Shown piece after piece: positions 12,101 to 27,100 of a DNA stretch of 64,000 nucleotides (position 1 is its first letter; each line of letters starts with the position of its first letter). Position numbers and translations under genes: made by a program. The stretch is from NCBI RefSeq assembly GCF_037042905.1, contig NC_087249.1:7132001-7196000 (forward strand), written 5' to 3'. The notes beneath the pieces are model-generated. The model was not told the origin of the DNA and searched no databases. It saw nothing but the letters and a program-made list of their open reading frames with translations. The DNA is from Lytechinus pictus (Eukaryota).

Positions 12101-15100
12101 TGTATTATTTTATTCACTTCTAATTGTTCGCATTGTACATATGTTTTTTTTATTAAACCTATATGTATTTGAATTTGAATGAAAAAAGAATTGAATTTAA
12201 TTGATTGAAAAATATTAAAACTCAGATTACTTTTTCCAAATTCAGAATGCTGCGGAAACTATTCACTTTCATATTGATGATACAAGTCTTATTTTGATAG
12301 TGAAAAACTTTTTTATTCAAACCATCAACAGCAACAAAAAAATTTCTACCGATAGTGAAAGTAGACAAGTTCAGACAGAGAAATACACATGCTCACACCT
12401 GCACAGGCACAAAGACCCCCTGCCATCTGAACAGCATAGATCCCATCACATTGCTACTGTCGGGTGGTCCCTCCGAACCATCGCTGTTCACCCCCGTGGT
12501 GAGTGGATCGGTCCTGGCAACGCTGAGGAGGAGTAGGAAGGACTCCCCATTGGAAGTGAAGGGCAGCCAGGACCGGACACCCACGCCGGTGATGTTCTGG
12601 GTGTTTGCCAAGACGGGGATGTCACCATCTAGCAAGAAAGAAATCATACACTGAATTTTTCTTTTGCAAATGGATTCAATCCTGTCTATAAAGACATCCT
12701 AAATCAGACAATTGGTCTGTACAAGGTGACGCAACATTTGCCCCTGCGACAATTGCTCCAGGCTTAATTTCGTCTAAGATGTAGGGTTAGGGTTGGGGTT
12801 GCAATAGGGTCTTAATTAAGGGTATGGTATAGTGCTAAGCCCTGGCTTGAAATTGGTCAGTCAATTAGTGTGTGGAATTTAGAGAGGAGCAATTGTCGCC
12901 AGAGCAAACGTCATGGAACCCTTTATGAACATGTTTCTCTAACAGAATTTTAAGGTTCTGTGATATAATAATAATAAAAATAATCACATTTATACAGCTT
13001 TTCATACTTTGGTTTCTAAGTGTTTTACATTATAATTATTATTACCCCAGTCATAGGATCCATCACTGTTTCACACATAAAATGCACCATCTCCACTCCC
13101 TGGGATGCATCCTGGCCAGGCAGCCGTTTTAACGGTGCACAAATGCCAATCTAATCACATTGATGTCCACATCCTACCGGGTACCCATTTAAAACCTATC
13201 CTGGGTGGAGAGTGACAAAGGTTATAACATAGAATATTGCAGGTAAACCTATATATAAATCCCATCCTATTCAGTGGATTCACAATACGATGCGCCATCT
13301 ATCGGTTGCAGTGGACAGGCCGGAATTCGCAATGCATCATGGGAAAAAGTTAACATCTGTTGCGCGTGCTAGTACAAAAGTGCATGCATGCATGCAATTA
13401 TTCAGCACTGGCTGACATGACTCGACCGAATATGCTGTTTACTAGGGTCCAGGAGGTAGGAGAGAAATTTGCCCGCATATTTTTTGGAAAATTTAGACTG
13501 TTTTTTGTGAATTCTTGACATACAGTTTCCATTTTTGAAGCACCATCACTGTGCGCTGCCTGCGCCTTCGTGCGATGTCGACCCCAAAGTTAGAAATTCG
13601 CCCTGTTCGCTGCAACCAATAGATAGCGCATCATATTGTAAATTCAGCGAATTGAGAAAAGAAATGTGGTCTTTAAGAACAGGTTTCTGTAAGACATTCA
13701 ATGAGGAATACTACAGTTAAACGTATGTTTAACGGCCACCCAATTGAGACAGAAAAAAATCAGGCTTTACAAGCAGGGTCCAGTACCACAAAATTTAGCA
13801 ATTAATCATACTTTTGATCTTCACGATTCATTGTACATTGCAAATAATGCAATCAATCGTTTACAAAATTTGCAATTGATCAATAGTCTTCTCTGTACTT
13901 CTTGTGTGAACATGTATAATCAATTTGCTTCAGTATCACTTGTAAATTTACCACTGTAATTTACAACTGATTGCAAATTTATTGTTGCCACACCCCTTAA
14001 GAGGGTTGATACTGACCAGCGGCTATGGCTGTACCAGGTTGAGTTGACACATCTACTGTGACGGTGCTTATGTCGCCTCCTCCGCGGGCCACGGTGAAAT
14101 ACACTGTACCCGAAGACTCTTCCACTTCAACCGAAGATGAACTGTCAAGGAGTGTAGGAAGAATGTAAATGAGAGAAGAGAGAGAGGATAAGATTAAAGG
14201 AGTCTTAAAAATAACATTTTGAGATAACCATCAATAATACAGAGAATGAATAAGCCTATAACTTTATTTATACAGAAAAACTAAAATGTCTATGAAAAGA
14301 TAGTAATTGTTATACTACTTGGTGTAACGGTTAGTGTAGTATAAATGTATTAAACAGTGAATTAGTATGTTTTTATTCAAGTGGGCCTATATTATAAGAC
14401 TACACATCTCGGAATGCTGCATTATGCTGCTTGCCTGGGCCCTCTTGCATAAAGGTATCATGGTAACTTTGCCATCCAATGGTAACTACCATGGTAATGC
14501 TGATCAACAGCAAATCAAAATCAAGGATTCCAGGCAAGTTACCATTGCATGGCAAAGTTACCGCAATGGTAATTTTTATGCAACAAGGCACAAACGTGAG
14601 TAGTTAATAATTATAATCATCCGCTTTTATATAGCGCTTAATACATCGCAAAACAACGTGTCTAAGCGCATTACAGATATATTATTACCCTGGTCATCGG
14701 ATTCAATCAGCCATTCCCACACACAATGTTTGCACATCCTCCACTCCCTAGGGAGTATTTCAGTCAGTCGCCGGTGAGGCGCACACAGTACTGGACAAGC
14801 TACAATGACTTTCATATCCTACCGGGTACCCAGTTAGCACCTGGGTCCAGAGTGGCAAGTCGGAACCACTACAGCACAGCTCTTCCACTGCGTAGTTGAA
14901 GACCTAAGGTGGCGCTATTACAGCTGCTCGTTTGTTGCTGCTTTAAAATTTATAAATTACCTACCTCGAACCATAGGGGAAGATCTGCATAGAGCCATAC
15001 GGAGCATCATTTTCCCGGATGATGATGGTAACATTGGTTGTACTCCCAAGCTTAGCGCCCCCTGTTGGCTCACGGAGGAAAACTTGGAACTCCTCATCTA

Positions 15101-18100
15101 GCTCTGGGATGCTGTCCACCACTGCAGCAATTTGAAGAACCTGTTTTAAAAAAATCAATAAGGCAAAAAAAGTTAATGACTGTACATAGACCATGTAAAG
15201 TGTTTTGAGGGTTTAATTTCATGTATTATTAAAAATTTACGCGTAACTCAAAAAAGGGAGAAATAATTCCTCACCTTAGGAGAATACTTTTACTGGAATA
15301 ATAATAAGGTAACAGTGATACAAGAAAATATCAAGCATAAAAAATTTGCAGATTCATTTGTACATTTTGTACACAAATCATGTATTAGTCTCCGAACCAT
15401 CTGTTTTTCTTTCTTATTGGCAGCGCATGCAATTTTAATATTCATCTTTCAGAAAAATTTACTGAGGAAAAAGGGAGATCTTTCTCAATTACACACAATC
15501 CAATGAAAGAAATCAATGTATGAATCAGAAAGATGTTGAAAATCTGCAGTTTTTCACTTGAAGATCAGCCAATTTTCAGGGAGTCTCCTTGACAATCAGG
15601 AAGACTTGGCAGCCCTGTAGTAGTTTTTAATATAGCGGAATAAACAATGAATACATACTGCGTGAAGGTCAAAGCAGACACCAGCAGCGCCCCGTCTTAC
15701 AAAGAGTTGTGATTGATCTGATCAATTGCAACTATGGAAAGCCAGCAACATCAATAACTAGATGCATGTTTGTTCCAAATATTTTCTAGATATGCTGTAT
15801 ATTCATGCACTCATCCTTTTCTCGCAAGTTCAGTGAGCTTCTCTTTGTTTAAATAACACATTTGAGTAAATTTCCTGTAGAGAAAATTATGACATTGATG
15901 GATTTCCATACAGTTGAGGTTGATTGGATCAATCTTAAACCTTTTATAAGACAGGGCCCTGAAATACCAGCTCAATATTTCTATAACTTACTGCAGCCTG
16001 AGCACCGGGGCCAAAGGTCACAAAACCAGTGGTGGGTGAAAGGTCACCATCTCCACCGATCACTTCAAATGGAACATCTATCTGGCCAAAGGTGCCCCTG
16101 TCTCTCAGAACGGCAAAACGAGCCACACTATTCGCCGTGGAGGCAGGCGTCGGCTCATCGATGGCAATGGTCTGATCACCCACAAAGTAGACGATACCAA
16201 AGGCATCGTCGTTGGCCTCGATTGTCACCAAGACTGAAGAGAGATATGAAAAAGGCAGGTGTTTGGCATCAATAAAACCAAGAGGGTGTTTCACAAAGCT
16301 TGTCATGAGTTACGAGCGACTTCACGAACGATTGGTGATCCTTTCTTAAGAGCTAATTTAGCTCAAGAAAGGATCATCGGTCGGTTGTAAAGTCGCTCAT
16401 GACTTACGAACAGCTTTATGAAACACCCACCAAGTGGACGTTTCACAAAGCTTTTCATAGGTTACAAGCAGCTTTATGAACTATACTATACTACAGTATA
16501 TTTTCATTGGTGTTCATTTAGCATTTGAGAGAGGGTCTTTCATAAAGTCGCTCACAAACAGCTTTATAAAACACCTACTAGGTTTTAAGTTTGAATTGAG
16601 GTATTGGTTATCAGATTAAATTCTCTACTCACGACAGGTAATACATCAATTTGTGACATAACGGGTGAACCTTTTAAGATCATGTTTACTTTTTCAAAAA
16701 AAATCCAGACAAAACTTATCATGGATATCAAATAACATGAATAACTGTAGACCCCCAAATATCTGATATGGAAAGTTTTGCTGCAATGCTATGTAACAAC
16801 AAACAGTTACATGTAATTTAATCAATTGTCTCTATTTGTTTCCCCTTTCGTGAATAAAAATTATGAAACAATTTGGACTGACAAACACAGAACCGAGAAC
16901 AAGTAAATATGGCTTGGTACTGGATAGGTTAAACATGCATTGTTTAATCTTAATACTTCTGTTGGGTTCTCCAAGGGGACGGTCTTTGTACTCATCCCTT
17001 CTCCCCCCCCCCCCCCTCCCCTATTTAGCATCATTAATCCTATTACCTCTGACAGGTTCTCCAAGATCCAGACCACCGGTAGGATTGTTGAGGAAGAGTT
17101 CCAAGGTCTCGCCATCCTCAGCGATCGCATCGTTGACAATGCTCAAGGTGACAGTCTTTGTACTCTCACCATCCCCAAACACAAGCACCTGGACAGACAA
17201 AAAAAAAGTCAAAATGTGCCAGAAAACCATAAATATAAGATTGCAAGGTATTTCATCCATATTTTTTGTCTGACAACCTGCTAAATCTGACAAATATCAT
17301 TGGTTTTGAGAAGCTAAGAAGCACAGATGTCAGAGTATCACTACATGTATGATTACCTGCCAAAAGCATGAAACTTATCAGTGCTGAAAACTGTCATGAA
17401 ATGGTCTTCCAGAGGTCCGCAACACAAAGCTTAGCAATCATCATAGCACATATTTTTTCAATTGATTGCATTGACTACAATGTACAATTAAATTGAGAAT
17501 AACAAGTATACGATTGATCAATAACCTTTGTGTCACGGGACCGAGGAGACTCTTTCAGGACTTTAACATATCTCCAGACATATACATGCATTTTCTTCTT
17601 TCTCACACGCACGTCAAATTTGGGTGGCCCATTTCAGGATCTAACACATACCAATGACAGAATACAAGGTGTACCATAAATCAGGAAGCTGTTCGTAAGT
17701 TAAGAGCAACTTTTAAAAATGACTGGTGATCCTTTCTTGTGGTAAATGGTATACACACAAAAGGTTAACTGGTGATGGTTTAGCGTGAAAGAAAGGTTCA
17801 CCAGTCGTTCTTAAAGTCGCTCTTAACTTAGGGACAGCTTTATGAAACGGCCCCCAGGCTACTTTCTGAGTTCACCGGCCCTATTTTGCCACATTGTATA
17901 AAGGTTTTATTAGATCCTACGGGAATTTCAGGGGTGAATTCACCCCGAGCCCCCATGCAGTTTTATCCCCTATAAAGTCAAGTTACCTGATCATCAAACT
18001 GGTAGTCGTCTCCTTTCCTTGCAGTGACTGGTTGACTGTAGATGAAGATAGAGACCTCTCCGTAGGTTCCTTGGTCTCTCAGTACGGTCACGTCTACTGA

Positions 18101-21100
18101 ACCCACATCCTCCAATACGTCAATGCTGTAACGGAACACAGAGAAATGAATGCAAAAAAAGTCAATCCTGAAGATATAGCTCTTTACATTTCTTGCAAGG
18201 AATAAAACAAGTGGAATGCCTCTGGCCGTCTCACCTGCATCACGCGATTCAATATAGCAGCAGTGCTGATTTTGAAAACTACTATAACTCGCACAAGATG
18301 TTCAGTGATACTTGGTTACTCTTATTTCCACGTTTTATGAACTAGACCAATACACTTATAGAGATATGATGGCAATTCAACAAATACCCCCAACGTGGCC
18401 AAAGTTCTTTGACCTTACATGACCTTTGACCTTGATCATGTGACCTGAAACTCGCACAGGATGTTCAGTGATACTTGATTACTATTATGTCCAAGTTTTA
18501 TGAACTAGACCAACACACTTTCAAATTTATGGCTGTAATTCAACAAATACCCCAATTTGGCCAAAGTTCATTGACCCTAAATGACCTTTGACCTTGATCA
18601 TGTGACCTGAAACTTGCACAGGATGTTCAGTAATACTTGATTACTATTATGTCCAAGTTTCATGAATCAGATCCATAAACTTTCAAAGTTGTGATGGTAA
18701 TTCAACAGATACCCCCGATTCGGCCAAAGTTCATTGACCCTAAATGACCTTTGACCTTGGTCATGTGATGTGAAACTCATGCAGGATGTTCAGTGATACT
18801 TGATTAACCTTATGTATAAGTTTCATGAACTAGGTCCATATATTTTCTAAGTTATGATGACATTTCAAAAACTTAACCTTAGGTTAAGATTTTGATGTTG
18901 ATTCCCCCAACATGGTCTAAGTTCATTGACCCTAAATGACCTTTGACCTTGGTCATGTGACATGAAACTCAGGCAGGATGTTCAGTAATACTTGATTAAC
19001 CTTATGGCCAAGTTTCATGAACTAGGTCCATATACTTTCTAAGTTATGCTGTCATTTCAAAAACTTAACCTCAGGTTAAGATTTGGTGTTGACGCCGCCG
19101 TCGCCGTCGCCGTCGCCGCCATCGCCGTCGGAAAAGCGGCGCCTATAGTCTCACTCTGCTATGCAGGTGAGACAAAAAACATTAATAAAAGGATTCACAT
19201 ACAAATCAAATGAATTGCAAGATGCATTCTTGGGACAAATTCTGGATTTAGGGAAGTTGGAGCAGTCATATCAAGCTTAAGAGGAAGATCTGGGCTCCTT
19301 AACACAAAGGTTTGCGATGAATTGCAATTAGGAAATAACCGCACTGAATGGTTCCCGGTCAGTATTTTAAACAGAGCGCGCATGCAACGATGAACCTGAT
19401 TGGTCATTGGTATTTAGCGATTGATTGCAAACCTTTGTGTTACGGAGCCCTGGATTCAAAATGGATTCACGATCTGGATTTCAATGAGAAGGGTTTGGAT
19501 AAGGTGGATGATAAAGATGATCACATCTCAAGTATACCCAGATGCATCAATTTCATTCTGTCACAATCCCTCTGAAACATCTTTCATTGGAAAATAAAAT
19601 CTTTATACTGTATATTTGATAGATAGATAGACATATTTGGTGGTATTCTGATGGACATGGCTTGGTTACAAAATATGAATTTTCTTAGACTGCACTTCCC
19701 AAAGATGTGTATTGCATCAGATAATTAAATAGCACTTGAATTATTCTTCTCTCTGCTACACGAGGGTAGAGTAGGTGATAGGAGATTGAATGCTGTGGAT
19801 CTCTACTTACTTGGTTACCATGGTGTCGAACCTGATGACCCCTTGGGTGCCATCATTGGCTGATATGGTGACCTCTGACACAAGGTCAATGGTGTCTGTA
19901 CATGGACAAAAAGGAAAGATCAAAAGAAGGAATGAGACTTTGATTTAATTTGCTGAAGTCAAATGATTACAATGAGCAAGGATTGTGTTGAGAAAATATG
20001 AAAGTGAGAGAGCTGGGAGAAAAAAGGCAATATATTGAATATACATACATGTATATACATACATATATAAAAAGGAATGAGACCATGATTTGCTTATGTC
20101 AAATGATTAAAATGAGGAAGGACTGTGCTAAGAAAATGTGAAAGTGAGAGGAGCAGGATTTAAAAAAGGAAAATATTGATTATTATAAGGCATCCTCCTG
20201 AACAAAAACAAGAATAAAACATAAAAAAGAAAAGGAAAGACTCTTGTAAGCAATGCAAGAATACAGATTGAATGGAAGAGCTATTCACGTTTTCACTTAT
20301 TATCCATGCAAGATTGTTCAACGCAACAGGCAATGTAATATCTGCATCATTAAAAACATGAGTGGCATGACATTCCTTACCCAGTTTAGGGGGTGTGTCC
20401 ATGTCCACACTTTCCAGTAGTTCCACACCGTTCAAGGTGACGAGGAATACCTCATCAAGTTCGGGAATGTCATCTTCGTTGATCAGGATGGAGATGGACT
20501 CGGAAGACGACCCGTCGGAAAAGTCCACGAACCCGGCCCCGCCAACAAAGTCGGACCCATTCAGAGCCCTCTCATTGGTCGGCTTGGTAGGGTCTAAGGA
20601 TCCTTGGGATATGGTGTATGATACGCGTACTTGACCTGGAGATTTAGTAGGGTACAGACATGTTAAATTGTGATTGTGTGATTTGTAATATTTTCAATTA
20701 AAATCGTGCTAATGATCATTTAGGGATATTCAAATGTTGGTCATATAGCAGGGATTTCAAAGAGCTGCAGAAGAAAAACAATATCACCTTCTCAAAATAA
20801 AGAAACAACAAAACATGCTCCACAATTATTAAATCACAAGAAAAAACAGCATTTTTCAAACCTGCATATCCATGTATGTACGTGTATCTTCTTCTCAAAA
20901 CAATATCACTTCATAATCAAAGAGACAATTCGCCTTTAACCTGGACTTCATGAAGCTGATGTATATTAACCATTTTATAAAAATGAGAATTGACTAAAAG
21001 AGAAGTGCAAAATTAGTGTAATTCAAATGGTAACACTGATCAATACATGTATATGTGATCAGGGTTTTCTCCTCCTGTTCACTCAAAATGACCTTGTGTA

Positions 21101-24100
21101 TTGGACCAAATGGTAATTTAGGAATGCTACTTTGCAATTTACAGGAGCTTTTTATCAAAAATCCCCTTCAGCCAACATGCCTTTTATTCACTGCTGAATG
21201 ATCCCTTTCATGACTTAATAATAATTATAGGCATTTATATTGCGCCATCTATCTAGAAATATTCCATTCCGAGGAGCGTTGTTATTATTATTATCCTGGC
21301 TTTAGCTTGGGCTGCCTTTCAGCACTCGTGCATTCAAGGAATTAATCATGCTGGGTACCCATTCACCTCACCTGGGTTGAGTGCAGCACAGTGTGGATAA
21401 ATTTCTTGCTGAAGGAAATTATGCCATGGCTGGAATTCGAACCCACGACCCACTGTTTCAAAGTCAGACGACTAATCAACTGGGCCACAACGCTCCACAT
21501 ACTTACCAATGGCTCCATATTTTCTCTCCACAAAGAGCTGCACCGCGCGATCTCCTTCGGGTGTGGCAACCTGAAGGGACCCCTGGGCGAAGCTGAACAC
21601 CCCGTGAGGCTCATCACTGGCCCCAATGTTGATGGAAGCACTGGCCCCCTGGGGGTCAATCGACGCTGCTCCGGTCGGCGATACACCTGAAAAAAATAAA
21701 GTTTCAAAGTACACAATGACAGTTCATAAAATTAAATTACTCTTACACCCATACACATGCCCATACCCCATCACACAAATACACATATGGGCTTATTTAC
21801 ATTCTTGTATATTAAATAAATGGAAAAACGGAGTGATCCTTTTTTTGGTTGATAAAAAATCTTTAAATGGGGTAACTCCTGGAAAAAAGGAGTAGTTGGC
21901 AGCATGGGCGGAAATCCCAGGAGGGAGAGGGAGGATACGTCCCCCCTACCATTTTGAAAGGGGGGACACAATATCAAATATCCCCCTACTATTTATGGTC
22001 TTTTATGATATCATTCAAAATCATCATTCAAAATGGAAAGTGATTGATAACCTTTTTTTTTTTTTTGCTTGTCAAATTTTCCAGAGGAAAATCATGGATC
22101 CGCCCCTGGTCCCCCCTACCTTTGGGGAGAGATTTCCACCCATGGTTGGCAGGCCTGATAAAATGTACATGCAATGTTTGAAATTGGTGGCTTCCCATAA
22201 TTTTAGCAGAGAGATACCTAAGTCAATTCGGACTCCACAATATGGGCTTTTGAGTTTAGGGGTATTAGAAACATACCTGAGGTCTGTACGTTGGTGAGGA
22301 TGATCTGGAAATTCTCATTGGTTTCCGGTGTCTCATCAGGCAGCGATTCTAGTGTGACTTCCTTCATCAGTTCTCCCTGTGGATAGAAGAAGAAGTTTTA
22401 TACAAAAGCTTGCAATTAATAAAGAAAAATTGATACAATTTAATTTGTTTTATGTTGTACAGGAACCCAAAATAATATCATATCGTTCCCTTTAATGATA
22501 ATGATCCACAGCATTTATATTGCATCATATTTCTTTTAAAAACATTCATAGGCACAGGCTCATACAATTAAGCTAATTATTACACATCTGCTGAAATAAG
22601 TGAGTTTTGAGAGACGATTTGAAGAGTTCAATGTTGTCAATTTCACGGAGTGAAGAAGGGAAGGCGCTCCAGAGGCGTGGAGCAATAGATCAAAAGGCAC
22701 GGTCTCCATATCTTTACAGACAGGTTTCACTGTACAAGAAAACCGATTTTACCATTTGGAATGTAATCTGGCCATTGGTTTGTCTGAAGGAGAGATCTGG
22801 ATCCAGAGATTGAGGGCTCTCGATAGACCAGTCAACGGTCACCACACCCATGCCAGGGGTAGAACGCTCCACAGTAACGTTGAACGTCTCACCTATCAAT
22901 CAATGAAAATCAAGATTATTTAAAAAATACCATATGTGAATGAAAATCCAGGATGTCACTAAGTAATTCTGGAATTAAATGAGTAACTATATACATGTAT
23001 ATGCAGCATCGTGAATATATTGTAAATATCTTCAGTAAAACAATGGATTGGGGTTATTTCCCAGAAATATGAAATACTAACACTTCACACAGTTAATGTA
23101 TGCAGAACAGTATCGTGAATTTCATTGGAATTCATATCAATAGAATACCAATTTCCTGGGAAAGAATCATCCCTAAATTTGAATAGCTATGTAAACCAGG
23201 GGGGGGGGGTTTCACAAAGATTTAAGTATGACTTAGGTCGCACTTAAATACCGACACGTACAAGATATGAAATGCACAATCTTATTGATCAATACGCAGT
23301 AGTGCGCATCCTCCTCGCATGATCTGAACAATGCGGTCATGCCTTTTATACCGCACGCAACAAGGCATTTAAGTGCGACTCTAAGTCATACTTAAATCTT
23401 TGTGAAACACCCCCCCCCCCCCCCCCCCGTATTGAACAACCAGAATTGTACCATGTGTGGTACACTTATTAACGAAGTGTTCAAGATGTTAAGTCACTTG
23501 GCGAGCGTTTCATGAAAGGACTTTGTCTGACATCTTATCCGACAAGTCCTGCTATATCTGAGAGTTACTACAGTAATGGTGCTTCTCGGCCAATCAGAAT
23601 CAAGGAAAGTTGTCAGATCTGAAAACTTGTCGGACGAAAATATTGATGAAACACTCCCCAGAATATCTCTTCATTGCACAAAGTCTTACTGCCCACTATG
23701 TGACTAACCTTCAGAGATGATATAGGAGAGAGTTGAGAAGCGAAGGATGCCGGCTACAAAGTCGTTAGCGAGGATGACAATGGTGACATTGCTGTCGGGT
23801 CCAAGAACACTGCCCCCTCCGGGGTTGTATAGCTGAGCCGTGAAGCTCTCGTCAATCTCAGGTATGTCATCGTCACGGATACCAACGTTTATGACTTCAT
23901 GGAAAAAGGAACATAATGTACACGATTAAACATATCTGATCAAGAAAAAAAACGAAGCCCAATCTCACAAAAAACTGCAATTAGTTCAAATAAGTCCACA
24001 CCACAATTCATCTTCTAAAAAATATCAACACTAACAAAAAAGGAGCACACTGTTTGTTTAACTCAATGACATTGGCATGGGAACTTTGCTTGGAACACAT

Positions 24101-27100
24101 ATTGAAGAAAAGTCTGAAAACCAGTCTTAAGTTTGGTGTTGTGGCTCATATTGGGTGTTACCCCAACTTCATCACTAACCTTCGACACTAAACTTTATAT
24201 CACCAACAGGGTGTTGATATTCCCATAACACCAACACTGCATTTGACACAGACACCAGACACAAGCATTCATTTTCAAACTTGGTATTCTAAAAAAGTGT
24301 GGAACACCCACAATAACAACACTCCACTTCAACATCAACACCCGTCTTCAGCACCAAACTTGAAATCCCTCAGATTGTGATCATGTTCACACAACATCAA
24401 CATTACACATTGACATCATTGCTATACACTGACATCAAATCGATCCTTTGACACAAACACTAGCCTCTCAAGTGGCATAGACATCAACACAGAGGTTCGA
24501 GCCCTGGTAACATCTTTCGGATGGTGACGTTAAAGGTCGGTCCCAGACGTAAATAATCATATATGATTGATACACGTCTGACAAAACTCAAATACACACA
24601 GAGACATCAACACTACCCTTTAACACCAAAATCAGCCTTCAATCACCAACACCTGCCTTCAACACTTATAAAAATACAGTCAAACCTATTATGATGAGGA
24701 TGATCCACAGCATTTATATTGCACTATATTTCTGTTAAAAACATCTCAGTGGCCACCTGTATAAAGTGAAAACCTGCCTGTAGTAGTCGGCAAATTTGTC
24801 TCTTATTTGAAAGGAATGTGCCTGTCTACTAAGGCAGCCTGTCTAAGAGTGGCCACTGTTTTTCTGTTTCACATGGCCTTAATTGACAGGTTTGACCGTG
24901 AAGCAGCATTCTTTACCTTGTCTGGTTTGACCCGAGGTGAAAGTCAGGGTTCCTCCGCTGGCGGAGTAATCCAACCCGCTAGTAGCAGTCCCTCCAGATA
25001 TCATCCAAGAGATAGCCACTTCACCAATATTCCCACCTGCAAAAACAAACGAAGAGAGACAAATAATAATTCAGTTGAAGATATTCAGAATAAAAACGAG
25101 TATAATGTACATGTACATGTGTACCTTCCGACTGGTCCACAATCCAATTTCAGAACAAATCGCATATTGCTTATTTCCAGAAAATGTGAATGAATGTTAT
25201 CTCTTTTATTATTATTTTTTTTGAAGTCTTGTGCAACTGTTAAGACCAAATTTTAATAAACACATACATGTTCATGTACGAATAAATTTGCATATTTTAT
25301 TCATAATAAATAAAGAATAATTTTAGGATGTTTTTTATAATAGCTTTTAGTTTTTGTGGTAAAGAATGTGCGTGCCAAATTTTGGCCTGATCGTGCAAAT
25401 GGCAGCGAAGATCAGAAGAGGGGGCCATCATAACCCCCCCCCCCCCCCCCCCGTCCTCTGTACATCTCAAACAGCCCAGTCCTTTATGTGAAAACCTTAA
25501 CGACAAAGCTACCACAATTCAAAATTATGTGACTTACCCCCTCTTTCGATAACAAGTTCCACACTGACACTGAGACCAGGCTGCTCCTCAATGGCCAGCA
25601 TCTGACCGCCGTCGGTAGCATCTGGACTGTTACTATACAGCCTCCATACACCGTTAGCATCGTCATTGTTCTCTATGGTCACACGGGTGGACCGGCGATC
25701 ACCAAGGGTTGGAAGGTTCAGAGAGGAGGGGCTGTCGTTCAGTACACGAACAGACATCAGGCTCAGCTGCAATTGGGGAATAGAAAATAAGTTTGTTAAC
25801 CGACAGAGTTGGAGAGACCAGAGTTAAATTAAACCCGAGTTCAGAATAAGGGACAATGGGTCACTCCTCCTAAGCTATGTATGATCAGGGACCTCTTTCA
25901 TAGAACTAGCTATAATAACAAATTTACAATATCAGTTAAAAGCTACTGAAATCCTTCAATCTGATTGGCCGAGAGTAAATGTATTACAGAAATTGTGCAT
26001 TTTTTATTATAAAAAGTCTTTATGAAATGGGCCTAGATCATTCACGAGTCAAGATCAACTCAAATAATCTTTTATTTCAGGGTAATACTCACCCCAAAAG
26101 CTTCATCCTGTTCCGGTAAGGTGTCGTTGAGGATAATAACTTGAGCAAAGCTTTCCGATTCTCCATCTCCAATCAGGAACGTTCCACTGGTCACCGGCTC
26201 GTAGTCGACACCAGCGATGGCCTGGCTCGCGTACAAGGCTTGAGTCTATCCATAAAAGAGAATGAATGTATTGCAATGCATCAACAACAAACATCCAACA
26301 CATACAATTATCGCTATCATTCTTGTACTTGTCCTTTTTCAAATGGCACATATAATTGTAATCTATTCATAATTTAGGGAATATCTGCATGTAACTTGCA
26401 AAGTATTGATTATGTCCATTTACCACCAAAATGCAATTTAACATGATTTCGCAAAATGAAGTGATCCAAAAATACATTATCATTCTATCTTTTATTCCAT
26501 TGATGTCTTGGCAGGAATGACTAACTGAATAAATGAATAACTGACCTTGACACTGTCCTTCAAGTAAAGCATGAACCCTGTATTCAGGTCAACACTCTCG
26601 GTGCCCGAAGAAAAGGTCAGAAGACACAGCACCGTCATATTTATGGCGCGGTACTCAAAGGCACCGCAGGCCTGCTGGCGGAGACAGGTCTCGGCACAGC
26701 CCTGGAGCGTGTTGGAGAAGGAGGAGACATCGAAGGACGTCTTGGCCACTTGAAGACTGCCCTCTATTGGTGACTGGTAGTAACTGACCGGAGTCTGGCC
26801 ATCGAGGGTAGCTTCTGAGATGATGTCAAGGGTCATGGTGCTGTAGGTCACTTCAAGGACACCAAAATTTCCACCACTATGATGGAGAGAAATAAGAAGT
26901 ATTTAAAATATAAAGTTTAGTTGCAACTGACTCTTGATTTAATTATTTACTTAGCTTTTAATGTTTGAGATTTTTATCCAAGAAACATACACTTTGACTT
27001 TGTGTTTAGGAGCATTATCTGCATTTGTGGAGACTAAAAAATACAAATTTTTCATACAATATAAACAGGGGCATAACCGATGAACACATAAAAAGAAAAC

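Noticed and set aside
12780..12830. TAGGGTTAGGG telomere-like sequence
   Set aside because: Only a few degenerate units inside a dispersed TIR element; not an interstitial telomere array.
24120..24665. AACACC-rich degenerate repeats (also 10150-10420) and GTTGCCAATT repeats at 27150-27620
   Set aside because: Too diverged to define units or ends; likely old low-complexity or tandem remnants.
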